Position numbers and translations under genes: made by a program
In this document: positions 48,895 through 61,058 of the stretch, piece by piece
Position numbering within the stretch: position 1 is the first letter of the stretch
Layout of the letters: the number at the start of each line of letters is the position of its first letter
Assembly (NCBI GenBank): GCA_030704615.1
Contig: CM060731.1
Span: 71,424,001 to 71,488,000, forward strand
DNA length: 64,000 bases
Reading direction: 5' to 3'
Origin: Takakia lepidozioides
Lineage: Eukaryota; Plantae; Bryophyta
Notes under the pieces: model-generated
Told to the model about the DNA's origin: nothing
Database searches by the model: none
What the model saw: the letters and a program-made list of their open reading frames with translations, nothing else

Positions 48895-49850
48895 AAGGCA
48901 TTTGTCTTCTGGACTTGTTTGGCGGGATCAGCACCGGATTGGCTGCTGTGTTACAGCAGGTGTACGAGTTCGGCGTTACCTGTATGTGGAGAGGGATGAG
49001 ACTGCACGACGCGTTTCACTTCGCCATGTTGCTCAGTTGGCAGCGGTACCCTGAGTTGTTGTCGGTGTCTGCAATTCGTGGATATCAGCAGGCCTTGCCA
49101 GCAGACATTTCGTTGCTGGGGGCGCAGGATTTGGAGCGGGTTGGCTCCATTGATCTGGTAGTGGCAGGTTGGCCCTGCCAAGGGCATTCATCAGCCGGGC
49201 ATGGCAATGGATTGCGAGACTCGAGGTCGGGTCTGTTTTGGGAGATGGTGCGGGTTTTGCGCCACTTGCAGCTTCATCAAGCTGTATCTCCAGCATACAT
49301 CTTGGAGAATGTGCCACTGATGGGCGATTCTCGGGCCAGGGTGATGGCCAGTGTGCATCAAGTCCGGTCGTGGCTTGGGTCAGCAGTGTTGCTAGATGCA
49401 GCTACAGTGGGGTCACGGCTCATCGTCCACGGCTATGGTGGACTAACTTGATGCCACCCGCACTGCTCAAGCGTGCATTTGATGGGGTGCAGCGGCCAGC
49501 ACATCTCACAGTGGATAACATTCTGGACACAGGGAGGCAGTCTCAGCGTGTGAGACACGATGACCGTTCGCCTTTGGCAGTGGTCAACAAGGTGGGTCAA
49601 CCACGAGCAGCATTACCTACACTGCTCAGCTTCCCAGGATCGCATGCTTTCCGGGATAGTGGACCTGGCCTCCTGTGGGATGCTCAGTTGCAGCAGTTAG
49701 TGGAGCCTAATGCTGACGAGCGTGAGCGGGCAATGGGTTTTACCACTGGTACCACGGCGGTGTCGTCTCTTTCTGAGGCATCACGTCGTCAAGTGTTGGG
49801 GCAAGCAATGGATCTCAATTGCTTGACCTGGATTATCAGCTTGGCTCTGG
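48895..49850 (+). pseudogene. DNMT3-like C5-cytosine DNA methyltransferase domain inside the retrotransposon polyprotein (frameshifted)
   Basis: Motif I LDLFGGI, II YVERD, IV VVAGWPCQG, SGLFWE, VI ILENV, VIII AHRPRLWWTNL, IX ERERAMGF, X LGQAM, in canonical order. Confidence 0.92.
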
Positions 49851-50143
49851 CTGAGCAACGCAGAGTGCGGAGTACACTTCCCTCAATGGTCTCTCTGCCT
49901 ACCGAGACGGTACAGGCAGTGAGTGGGGGCGAGCATGTGAGGACCACGGGGTGCATGCATCCATGGCACACGTGGGAGGTGCTCGAGGTTCAGAGGGAGT
50001 TGGCAGCCAAGGCGGCTGTGATGGATGAGGTTGGGGATTCTTCTCGGGTTGAGGAGGTCCTCAAGGATGAGATGATGGGGCAGGATGAGGCCTTGTCATT
50101 GACTGAGCAGGCAGGGAGTACTGCTCAAGAGGTTGCAACATAG

Positions 50144-53100
50144 CAACCACTGGACGCGTCCTCTACCTCTAAGCCCACTGGACTTAAGGTTGCAGTTACG
50201 GAGGACAATTGGGAGCCTGACATTGGACCCATTGTCACCGGAGGAGAGAGACGACGTATACGGCGGTTCCTGAGGGCTTACAGGAATTGCTTTGCCTTCA
50301 GTTTGAAGGACTTGGGAGCACTGAAGGGTCAAGAGATCCGTATTGAGTTGGCCACTGACACGCCAATCTTTCGGAGACCCTATAGATACAGTGACATGGA
50401 GAGGTCTTTGATTCAGATGAGGACTCAAGATCTCTGGGAGGCAGGTTTGGTGGAGCTCTCTGGTGGAGAGTATGCTTCAGCCACAGTGATGCCAGCCAAG
50501 AAGGATGTCTATGGCAATTGGACGGAGAGACGTATGTGCGGTGATTACCGGCCCTGTAAATCGTCAGACCAAGTCCGATAAGAGTATGCCATGCCAACAC
50601 CAGAGGAGATCTTTGATGCCATCGGGCATGCTAAGGCCTTTAGCACTTTGGATTTACGATCCGGATATCACCAGTTGCCAATCAAGGAGGCGGACAAGCA
50701 GAAGACGGCATTCTGGGGGATCAATGAGCACGGCAAGGATTGCCTATATCAGTGGCGGTTCTTACCATTTGGGCTTAAGAATGCTCCTGCAGAGTTTCAG
50801 AGAGTCATGGATAGGATTCTAGCAGGGGTGGACTTTGCTCGGTGCTACATAGATGACATCATCATCTTTAGTGTTACGATGGAGGAGCATGAGAGACACC
50901 TTCAGGTGGTATTGAGCGCTTGAGAGCGCACGGATTGAAGTTGCATCCGGGGAAGTGCAAGTTTTTCCACAACCAGATTGAGTATCTGGGTCACATGATA
51001 TATCCTGGAGGATTGGGGTACAGCAACTAAGGTAGAGGCCATTGCACAAATTCCACGCCCCACGGATGTGAGCCGAGTTTGAGCTTTCATGGGGTTGGCA
51101 AACTATTATAGACGGTTTGTCAAGGGATTTAGTACCATTGCAAAGGCTCTAACCAAGCTGACCAAGGTGGACCAGGAGTGGCAGTGGGAAGATGAGCAGA
51201 ACGAGCTTTTCAAGAGCTCAAGGCGAGGTTGACCTCGGCGCCTATCTTGAGACGACCTATCAGGGGGCGTCCCTTTCAGCTGCATACGGATTGGAGCATG
51301 CTGGGGCTTGGAGCGGTGCTCACACAGGTGGATGATGAGGGAAGAGAGTTTGTAGTGGCTTACGCTAGCCGCTCGAACAACGTGCAGAGGCTAAGTACAG
51401 CTCATATGAGGAAGAGTGCTTAGCTGCAGTGTGGGCCGTGGCACACTTCAGGTGCTATCTATACGGCAATCTTTTCACCCTTGTCACGGATCACCAGCCA
51501 CTCAAGTGGTTGATGGAGTCAGACAAGCTTACGGGGAAGCTTGCACGGTGGGCACTTATACTCCAGGAGTATGACTTTCAGGTTGTGCATCGACCGGGTT
51601 TGGTCAATCGGGATGCGGATGGATTGAGTCGCAATCCATGCATGAGCCAGCAGGATGACACTGGAGCTCGGTGGCATGGTGAGACGGACGAGGAATGGTG
51701 TCGGGATGGCATGCATCTGCATTTTTGTGTATCTTGGCATCGGGAGGTCAGATTGGACCTACAACAGGGATGACTGTAGACGGAGTGTCTGAGGACCCTG
51801 AGGCTAGTGATGAGCTAGGTGGTGCCAGAGATATACATGAGGATTCGGCTGTGTTGGACTACCTCCGCACGGGAGACACGGCAGCCATTGTGACTGCCAG
51901 GGAGAGGGATCGGATCCTGCAACGAGCCAAGAGGTTCAAGTGGGAGGGGATACACCTACTTCGAGTGTGGGAGGATGGTTGGGTGAGGATTGTGCCTCAC
52001 CCCACACAGCGTGCACGGTTAGTGCGGCATGCCCATGAGGAGTTGGGGCATTTTGGAGTGCGACGCACTCACAGTTTACTGCAGGGGCAGTATTGGTGGC
52101 GTGGTATGCATACAGAGGTGCAACAGTTCGTGGCTAGGTGCATGGTGTGTGACAGGGTGCGTGCTTCATTCAACGCCCCTACACCACAGTTGCATCCTTT
52201 ACCAATCATGGGATTGGGCTATAGTGGAGTCTTGACTTCGCAGGACCGTTGCCACTGACTATGCGCCACCACAAATATGTGTTGGTGATGGTGGAGCACT
52301 TCTCCAAGTGGATTGAGTTGGTTCCATTGCCTGACAAGGCTAGTGAGGGGGCTGCGTATGCATTCTTGGATCGTGTGCTTAGCCGATTTGGTGCTCCAGC
52401 TGAGGTACTCACGGCAAGGGAGAGAGTTCTTGGGGAGTTTCAGGCTTTGTGTGATAAAGCCTTGATAGACCACCGCACCACTTCTCGGGATCATCCTGAG
52501 GCCAATGGCTTAGCAGAGAGAGTTGTTCAGACGGTGAAGAGGGGTTTGCGCAAGTATGGCTTGCAGAAGGGACACCTAGGAGATTGGGATCTTCAGGTTC
52601 CTTGGTTAGCCATGGGCTACAGGTTCAGCAAACAAGCATCACTTGCCTCCTTCTCACCATATTTCCTTCTCTTTGGCCGAGAGCCGATTTGCCTGCAGCC
52701 ATTCGTAGGAACACTGCTCAAGCCCTTAACCTTGACGACCCGGACGTGTGGGTACGTGCTTGTGATCAGCGTGCAGGGTTGTTTAAAAAAGTCATGCCCA
52801 TGGCTTTTGAGAACCTTGCCATTGCACAGCACCGTGATACGTTGAGGTATGCACTATACGTGGTGGAGGATATCGTCCTGGGGTTCGGAGGTTTAGCCCT
52901 GGTGACTATGTTTATTTGCAGCAGACTGCTCCTACGACTCTGGATGTTACTGCAGGGCGTGTTATTCTGAGGGTTCGAGAGGTGTTGCCCTCAGGGGTCC
53001 TGATCTTGAAGGGTCGGGATGGCATGACTTGGAAGGACCATGTGCGTAATTGTGCGCCATGTCACCTTCCCAATGTCGATGGCAGAGTTGACCCAAACTT

Positions 53101-53267
53101 GGCAGTGGTACCTGCAGGTTTGAGGTGCATGCTCTGTGGGTCTGCCAAAGGGGCAGCCACCATGCTGGTGTGTGATCGATGCTCAAGGGGTTGGCATATG
53201 GGATGCTTGACACCACCTTGAGAAGGTTCCTGACGGAGATTGGTTGTGTCCACACTGCTTGGGATAG
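50144..53267 (+). pseudogene. pol (RT-RNaseH-integrase-PHD) of copy 2, many frameshifts
   Basis: Colinear with 1-3070; YIDD, TDWS, HEELGH, AER, PHD. Confidence 0.93.
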
Positions 53268-53879
53268 TGGCAGTGGACATGACTGGAGGCAGCTAACAAG
53301 ACATGGGAGGCCAAGCTCATAGGAGTCAATACATGAGATCCCAAGCTCAAGTTCACAGGTTGCAAGACGGCGACTAACGATGGGGCAACTCTTGCACCCG
53401 GCCTCTTGATCTATCGAGTTTGAGTGTAGTAGGATAGCGGTGGAGGACTTAGTGAGGCTATGGTCACTATCACATCTTGTGGCTACCTGGACTTAGAGGG
53501 ACCTAAGCACCAGCTAGGGGGGCGATTGTGTGGACTAGTGACTGCCATAGTGGGCAGCATAGTGGCAACCTAGTGACTGACTAGTTGTAGCCTAGTGGTT
53601 GGACTAGTGGTGGACTAGTGGTATACTCGTGTGTGCTGTGCACATGTGTTGTGTGTTTTGCACATGTGTTGTGTTGTGTGCACAGAGTCATCATGAATCT
53701 TATTTAGGGATTATTGCATGAACAAGAGGCAAGAAAAGTTTGGATGCTCATTGTCAAGCTATCTGACGTTCCCAGTATTTCATCCATGGTGGATGGATGA
53801 TGGATGGATGAAATATTGAAGGAGAGGTTAAAAATAATGAGGATGGGCAAGAACAGGCCCCAAAATATGACCCCTCATT

Positions 53880-54980
53880 GTGAAACATGCAATGGTTTTT
53901 GTTAATGTAGATGAGGTGAAAATTAAACAGATAATCATCTTCAAGCTTATTTAGGCTTTGTTTGTGAAGAAGATGTGTAACAAAATGAGCGGTTTATTGT
54001 GGAACTTGTTCAGGTTTGTGTTATTGAAGATAAGGTGAAAAAAAAACACGTGGTCATTGTGATTGCTTATTTAGGGTGTGTTTGTGAAGAAGAGGTAAAA
54101 AAAAACATTGAGCTATCCTTGTGAAACTTGTTTAGGATTCTGTTATTGAAGAAGAGGTGAAAAAAAAAGTTAAGCTCTATCATTGTCAAACTTGTTCAGG
54201 TTTCTGTTATTGAAGAAGAGGTGAAAAAAGAAATCACATGGTCATTATGAATGTTTATTTAGGGTTTGTTTGTGAAGAATAAATTGAGCTCTCATTCTCA
54301 AACTTGTTAAGGTTTCTGTTATTGAAGAAGAGGTGAAAAAAATATTAGATGGTCATCATGAATGCTTATTTAGGGTTTGTTTGTGAAGTAGAGGTGGAAA
54401 AAAAAGTTGAGCTCTATCATTGTCAACTTCTTCAGGTTTTTGTTATTGAAGAAGAGGTGGAAAAAAAAACCAGATGGTCATCATGAATGCTTATTTAGGG
54501 AATAAATTAGGGATTGTTTGTGAAGAAGAGATGAAAAAAAAACATGAGCTCTACCATTGTCAAACTTCTTCAGGTTTCTGTTTTTGAAGAAGAGGTGAAA
54601 AAAAAACAAATGGTCACCATGAATGCTTATTTAGGGTTTGTTTGTGAAGAAGAGGTGAAAAAAATTGAGCTCTATCATTGTCAATCTTGTTCAGGTTTCT
54701 GTTGATGAAAAAGAGGTGAATAAAAAATCAGATGTCATCATGAATAAATTAGGGTTTGTTTGTGAAGAAGAGGTGAAGAAAAAACTTGAGCTCTATCATT
54801 GTCAAACTTCTTCAGGTTTTCTGTTATTGAAGAAGAGGTGAAAAAAAAACATATGGTCATTATGAATGCTTATTTAGGGTTTGTTTGTATAGAGGACGGG
54901 GAAAACAAATGAGCTGTCATTGTGAAACTTGTGCCTGTTATTCAAAGAAGAAGTGGAAAAAAAACAAATGGTCATCATGA
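53880..54980 (+). repeat. AT-rich tandem array, ~60-65-bp subunits alternating as ~123-bp dimers (gaagaagaggtgaaaaaa core)
   Basis: Alternating ggtcatcatgaatgcttatttagggtttg and gagctctatcattgtcaaacttgttcagg linkers; one unit also at ~42853-42907. Confidence 0.92.
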
Positions 54981-55307
54981 AGCTCATTTACGCAATGCTT
55001 CTGTAGAGGCCGTGAAAAAATAAAATGAGCTTTCATACTGACACTTGTCCATATTTGGCAAGCCCTCCAATTTTTTTTTTTAATTTTTTTAATTTTTGGG
55101 GCCCGGGGCAATATTGCGGGTGGGGGTAGAAGTGGTGTGCGTTGACGCACTCAATTTTAGAGGCTCGTTAACCAAACCCGATGAAAAAATAAACTACATT
55201 TCATAACGAGACATCGTCTGCTTGTCCAGATTTAAGAACTGTGTATACATGTTCTACAAACAAGGCAGCCGTTTCTGGCATTGCGAAAAATCGCAACATA
55301 TGCAACA

Positions 55308-55880
55308 CTACTCGATATTGCCAATGTCTTGCTGCAAAAATGTCCGTACTTCACCAGGACCTAGTGTCGCCTGGTGAATGATTTGGTCTCTTTTGGGATC
55401 ACAATACATCATGCGCAAAAAGATGTAGTAAAGATGTTTGCAGGGAACCCATTTCCCTCTCTTTCCTAGAGCTTCCTCACGCATGCACACGAAGTCGGGA
55501 CAGGTACACCCCGGAAAATTTCCCACCGACACCTGATAGGCCCTGTCGTGCAAAACAGACCCAGATGTGAAGTATAAACCCGTCCATACCCAGGTGAAGG
55601 TACTTCCATAGTTCCTGTTACCCGAGCCTGAAGTAGTCTGGCCGTTCCACCTTCGCATCGTGATCAGGCCCCAAAGCCACCTGATGCACTGTTTTGTCAT
55701 TCCTTCTTGTGGGATGCGAAGTATCGTCAAGAGGAGGCACCATAGCAGCAAGGCCACCAAGAGTCGAGGCCACAGATCGGTGCAGACGAAAGCCGGCGTC
55801 CTCCAACTTGCCCATCTCCAGTTCGTCAAGGATCATCCTGAAATCATGATCATGAAAAAATTGAGTGTGTTGACGCACTC
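55308..55880 (-). pseudogene. MULE-2 transposase C-terminus (SWIM)
   Basis: YQVSVGNFPGCTCPDFVCMREEALGKRGKWVPCKHLYY, paralogous to 4556-5269. Confidence 0.88.
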
Positions 55881-55989
55881 AGTTCTCGAGGCGGGGGGGG
55901 AGGTGGGGGGGGGGGGGGGGGGGTTTGGGTTTCCCCCAAAACCCGCCGGGTACCCGGAATGAAAATCCGGACCCGCACCTGTCGTCGAT

Positions 55990-56378
55990 GATCGTCCTGA
56001 AGACACAAGCATGTGCCCAGCAGGCAGAGTTGTTCAAGAGGGTCATGCCTATGGCTTTTGAGAACCTTGCTATTGCCCAACACCGAGACACATTGAGGTA
56101 TGTCACCATACGTGGAGGGGGATATCGGCCAGGTATTCGGCATTTCCACCCTGGGGATTATGTGTATCTGTAGCAGACAGCGCCTACGACCTTGGATATC
56201 TCAGCAGGATGTGTGATTCTAAGGGTCAGGGAGGTGTTGCCTTCAAGAGTGTTGATTCTGGAGGGTCGAGATGGCATGGTATGGAAGGACCATGTGCGCA
56301 ATTATGCGCCATGTCACCTTCCACATGTGGATGGGAGGATAGATCCCAACCTTGCAGTGGTACCTGCAGGGTTCCGTT
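55990..56378 (+). pseudogene. Integrase C-terminal fragment of Gypsy copy 3 (inverted relative to the rest)
   Basis: QAELFKRVMPMAFENLAIAQHRDT ... DPNLAVVPAGFR. Confidence 0.85.
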
Positions 56379-57409
56379 GGGGGGATGCTAGAGTGTGAGC
56401 CTAGCCACGTGAGCCCAGGAGCCTGTGAGCCCAGGAGCCTGGCGTGAGTCCAGGACACGTGGCATGATTTTGGAAAAGATGCGGCGTCTATTTCCGTGGA
56501 AGAGGATCCATTACCACAGAAACACGTCTTCATCCATATTAACCCTGCAACCCCAAACAGAAACCCTAACCCTTGTTAGCCTTAGGGACCCACCTCAACC
56601 CCGACAGTGAACCTCGCCATCCCGCCCCTGTGCATGATACTGCACACTGACATCATCCATGGGACCATCCATGCATGCAACATTCATCCATAGTATACAT
56701 CCAATCGGGGTTCATCCATCCAAAAACATTCATCCTCCATCCATCCAACCAAATATTGGTGTGATGACATATGTCGAATGACTGTCTACTGGACTATGCA
56801 CATATTTATCTCTGTTGAAAAACTTTTATTGAATGCACACGGTTCAATTTGAGAGCAATGATTAGAATGAAAATATTTTCAAATTCGCAGGACGCGGGGG
56901 AGAGAATGTTTCAATTCAGGGATGTGAATTTCATTGTAGTCCGTGCTCATTACAACGGATGGTGGGAAGAGAAATGGTGGTGCAACGGAAAACGGAGAGT
57001 GTGTCCCCTCATGTTCCATAAATGAATGCCCTCAAGTACATCCGTAGGTGGTATCAACATTGCTACTGCTACCACCTGAATCTGCTGAACTGCTAGAAGT
57101 AATGCTACCACCTGAAACTGCTACACTATCATCTATGAAGAGGTGCCTGAGCGTCTTCCTGGAACTCCAACGCAAAGGTAGGGGAGAAAGCACAACTGCT
57201 TGCACACGAGCAATGTCTTCCGCATAATCGGGAAGGACATAATTAGGAGGTGGGCTCCAGCACAAGTCCCTCAAGTATATGGAAGACAGGGGCCACGGGA
57301 GTGCGTTCACATTCCTGCAATCAGAAATGCACCATTTGGGTAACAATCAGACAACAGAAGGGGACGTGACAGAGCATATACACAGGGATCAAATAGACAA
57401 AAAATGAAC

Positions 57410-58330
57410 TTACTCACATGAAAAGTCATTGTCCAGGTCTTTGTCGTCACCGTCGAGGATATCAATTTGCGTAGTGACATCCTTGACATTGGAGGTAGAC
57501 GCGCCCCCTTGCAACTCGGCAAGGAGGCCAGTGAAAATATCTGCATCTCCTTCCATACCAAACAAGTGCCTGCCATCTACCTTGCAAGCATGGTAAGAAG
57601 CGCCTGCAAGAGACAAATTGAAGGAATTAGAGTTTTAGAATATTGAGTAAAGAAGGTGTAAAAGAAAAGAAATCGATGACAAAGGCAAGAAGAGAAACAT
57701 GTGCCGAGAGTGAGATCTATGATGCGGGCCCCTGGCCGAGAACAACTCTAAATGTTTTTCTGGATAAAAGCCGGGTTTTTTTCACGGGCCCCTCTCCAAG
57801 GCGTTCCATTTGGCTTTCGCAAACATACGTTGGAGTCGACATAGTTGTAGTGCATGTCATCGACGACAGGATCGAACCTCTCGTTTATGAAACATCATCC
57901 CCCATGAAGCTCAAACTCCACCACTATGGTGGGAGTCGACAGCGGATGTACCCTCACGAGACAGACGGCCTCAAATAGACGGGTCTGCGATGAAGAGGAC
58001 AATAATTAGTGAGGAATGTTTCATAGCACATCTGGGTGGGAGTGCAGACCCATTCTGGATGGAACTGGTTCAGAGTCATTGCTCATGCACCGCCATAATT
58101 GAGTGCGCTGAAGCACTCAATTCAGGCAGTGCGAACAACATGACTTCATAACAGTCAGTACAGTGGAACTTCAATAGAGAAGGCATAAAAACGAAGTATT
58201 TGAAACCCACCTTCTGCCCTGGGCAAGCCCCCTTCGTCAGATATAGGCTGTTGACACAGTTCCAGGTCTTGATAATCCGCATCCCCGAGGTTTTCAAGTA
58301 GCTTGCCAGCTCCCGGCGACATCTCATCGT
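57410..58330 (-). pseudogene. C-terminal exons of the MULE-2 N4C/N6A MTase-like gene
   Basis: RCRRELASYLKTSGMRIIKTWNCVN; WRGAREKNPAFIQKNI*SCSRPGARIIDLTLGT; GASYHACKVDGRHLFGMEGD..DFSCE*. Confidence 0.85.
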
Positions 58331-58344
58331 GACAGATTGTATGA

Positions 58345-61058
58345 TTTGAGGACTACTTCAGCCTCCCTGCAAATAGACGCAGACAAATCTGGCTCTCGGC
58401 CAAAGAGAAAGAAATATGGTGAGAAGGAGGCAAGTGATGCTTGCTTGCTAAATCTGTAGCCCATGGCTAATCAAGGTACGTGAAGATCCCAATCTCTTAG
58501 GTGTCCCTTTTGCAAGCCATACTTGCGCAACCCCCTTTTCACCGTCTGCACCACTCTTTCTGCCAAGCCATCGGCCTCAAGATGATCCCGAGAAGTGGTA
58601 CGGTGGTCTATCAAGGCTTTATTACACAAAGCCTGAAATTCCCCCAAGAACTTTCTCCCTTGGTCCGTGAGTACCTCAGCTGGAGCACCGAATCGGCTAA
58701 GCACACGATCCAGGAATGCATACGCAGACCCCTCACTAGCCTTGTCAGGCAATGGAACCAACTCAATCCACTTGGAGAAGTGCTCCACCATCACCAACAC
58801 ATATCGGTGGTGGCGCATCGTCAGTGGCAACGGCCCTGCGAAGTCAAGACTCCACCTGTAGCCCAATCCCATGATGGGTAAAGGATGCAACTGTTGTGTA
58901 GGAACGTTGAATGAAACACGCACCCTGTCACACACCATGTACCTAGCCACAAACTGTTGCACCTTTGTGTGCATACCGCGCCACCAATACTGCCCCGGCA
59001 GTAGACTATAAGTGCATTGCACTCCAAAACGCCCCAACTCCTCATGAGCATGCCGCACTAACCGTACACGCTGTGTTGGGTGAGGCACAATCCTCACCCC
59101 ACCATCCTCCCACACTCGAAGCAGGTCTATCCCCTCCCACTTGAACCTCTTGGCTCGTTGTAGGATCCGATCCCTCTCCTTGGCAGTCACACTAGCTGCC
59201 GTGTCTCCAGTGCGGAGGTAGTCCAACACAACCAAATCCTCATGTATATCTCTCGCACCACCTAACTCATCACTAGCCTCAGGGTCCTCAGACACTCCGT
59301 GTACAGTCATCCCTGTTGTAGGTCCAACCTGACCTCCCGATGCCAAGATACACAAAAAGGTAGATGCATGCTATCACGACACCATCTCCTCGTCCGTCTC
59401 ACCATGCCCACCCCGCTCCAGTGTCATCCTGCTGGCTCGAGCATGGATTGCGACTCAATCCATCCGCATCCCTATTGACCAAACCGGTCGATGCACAACC
59501 TGAAAATCATATTCTTGGAGTATAAGTGCCTACCGTGCAAGCTTCCCAGTAAGCTTGTCTGAGTCCATCAACCACGTGAGTGGCTAATGATCCATGACAA
59601 GGGTGAAGAGATTGCCGTATAAATAGCACCTGAGTGTGCCACGACCCACACTGCACTTAAGCACTCCCCCTCATATGAGCTATACTTAGACTCTGCAGCG
59701 TTGTTCGAGCGGCTAGCATAAGCCACTACGAACTCTCTTCCCTCATGATCCACATGTGTGAGCACCGCTCCAAGCCCCAGCATGGTCCAATCTGTATGCA
59801 GCTGAAAATGGACGCCCCGTGATAGGTCGTCTCAAGATGGGTGCCGAGGTCAACCTCGCCTTGAGCTCCTGAAAAGCTTGCTCTTGCTCATCTTGCTCGT
59901 CTTTCCACTGCCACTCCTGGTCTACCTTGGTCAGCTTGATTAGAGCCTTTGCAATAACACTACTTAATCCCTTGACAAACCGTCTATAATAGTTTGCCAA
60001 CCCCATGAAAGCTCAAACTCGGCTCACATCCGTGGGGCGTGGAATCTGTGCGATGGCCTCTACCTTAGTCTGCTGCACCCCCAATCCTCCAGGATATATC
60101 ATGTGGCCCAAATACTCAATCTGGTTGTGGAAGAACTTGCATTTCCCCGGATGTAATTTCAATCCATGCGCTCTCAAGCGCTCAAACACCAGCTGAAGGT
60201 GTCTTTCATGCTCCTCCACCGTAGCACTAAAGATGATTATGTCATCTATGTAGCACCGAGCAAAGTCCACCCCTGCTAGAATCTTGTCCATGACTCTCTG
60301 GAACTCTACAGGAGCGTTCTTAAGCCCGAATGGTAAGAACCGCCACTGATATATGCAATCCTTCCCGTGCTTATTGATCCCCCAGAATGTCGTCTTCTGC
60401 TTGTCTGCCCTCCTTGATCGGCAACTGGTGATATCCGGACTGCAAGTCCAGAGTGCAAAAGACCTTGGCATGCCCAATGGCATCAAAGATCTCCTCCGGT
60501 GTGGGCATGGCATACTTATCGGACTTGGTCTGACGATTTACAGGCCGGTAATCACCGCACATACGTCTCTCCGTCCAATTGCCATAGACATCCTTCTTGG
60601 CTAGCATCACCGTGGCTGAAGCATACTCTCCACCAGAGAGCTCCACCAAACCAGCCTCCCAGAGATCTTGAGTCCTCGACTGAATCAAAGACCTCTCCAT
60701 GTCACTACAGTATCTATAGGGTCTCCGAAATATTGGTGTATCAGTGACCAACTCAATACGAATCTCTTGACCCTTCAGTGCTCCCAAGTCTTTCAAACTG
60801 AAGGCAAAGCAATTCATGTAAGCCCTCAGGAACCGCTGTATACGTCGTCTCTCTCCTCCGGTGACAATGGGTCCAATGTCAGGCTCCCAATTGTTCTCTG
60901 TAACTGCAACCTTAAGTCCAGTGGGCTTAAAGGCAGATGACGCGTCCAATGGTTGCTATGTTGCAACCTCTTGTGCAGTACTGCCTGCTTGCTCAGTCAA
61001 TGACAAGGCCTCATCCTGCCCCATTATCTCATCCTCGAGAACTTCCTCAACCCGAGAA
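58345..61058 (-). pseudogene. pol (RT-RNaseH-integrase) of Gypsy copy 3
   Basis: ORFs 60371-60949, 60013-60513, 59743-60006, 59568-59783, 58471-59355 match copies 1 and 2. Confidence 0.93.

Larger units (their letters stand above)
42919..53684 (+). mobile_element. Full-length Gypsy copy 2 (10.8 kb): block A, self-priming PBS, leader, gag-PR-DNMT, RT-RH-IN-PHD, PPT, block B
   Basis: TG at 42919, CA at 53684, gagt on both sides (42915-42918, 53685-53688); the MULE-2 AT-rich repeat continues across the site. Confidence 0.88.
42661..58340. mobile_element. MULE-2, an internally deleted and rearranged relative of MULE-1 (pieces 42661-42918, 53685-55880, 56379-58340), interrupted by Gypsy copy 2
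   Basis: GTGAGC-rich ends at 42661 and 56379 resembling the MULE-1 left and right ends; SWIM fragment; MTase-like gene exons. Confidence 0.78.

Noticed and set aside
42919-53684. DIRS or Ginger classification to explain the odd termini
   Set aside because: A DDE integrase, protease, Gag and RT are all present and no tyrosine recombinase is seen
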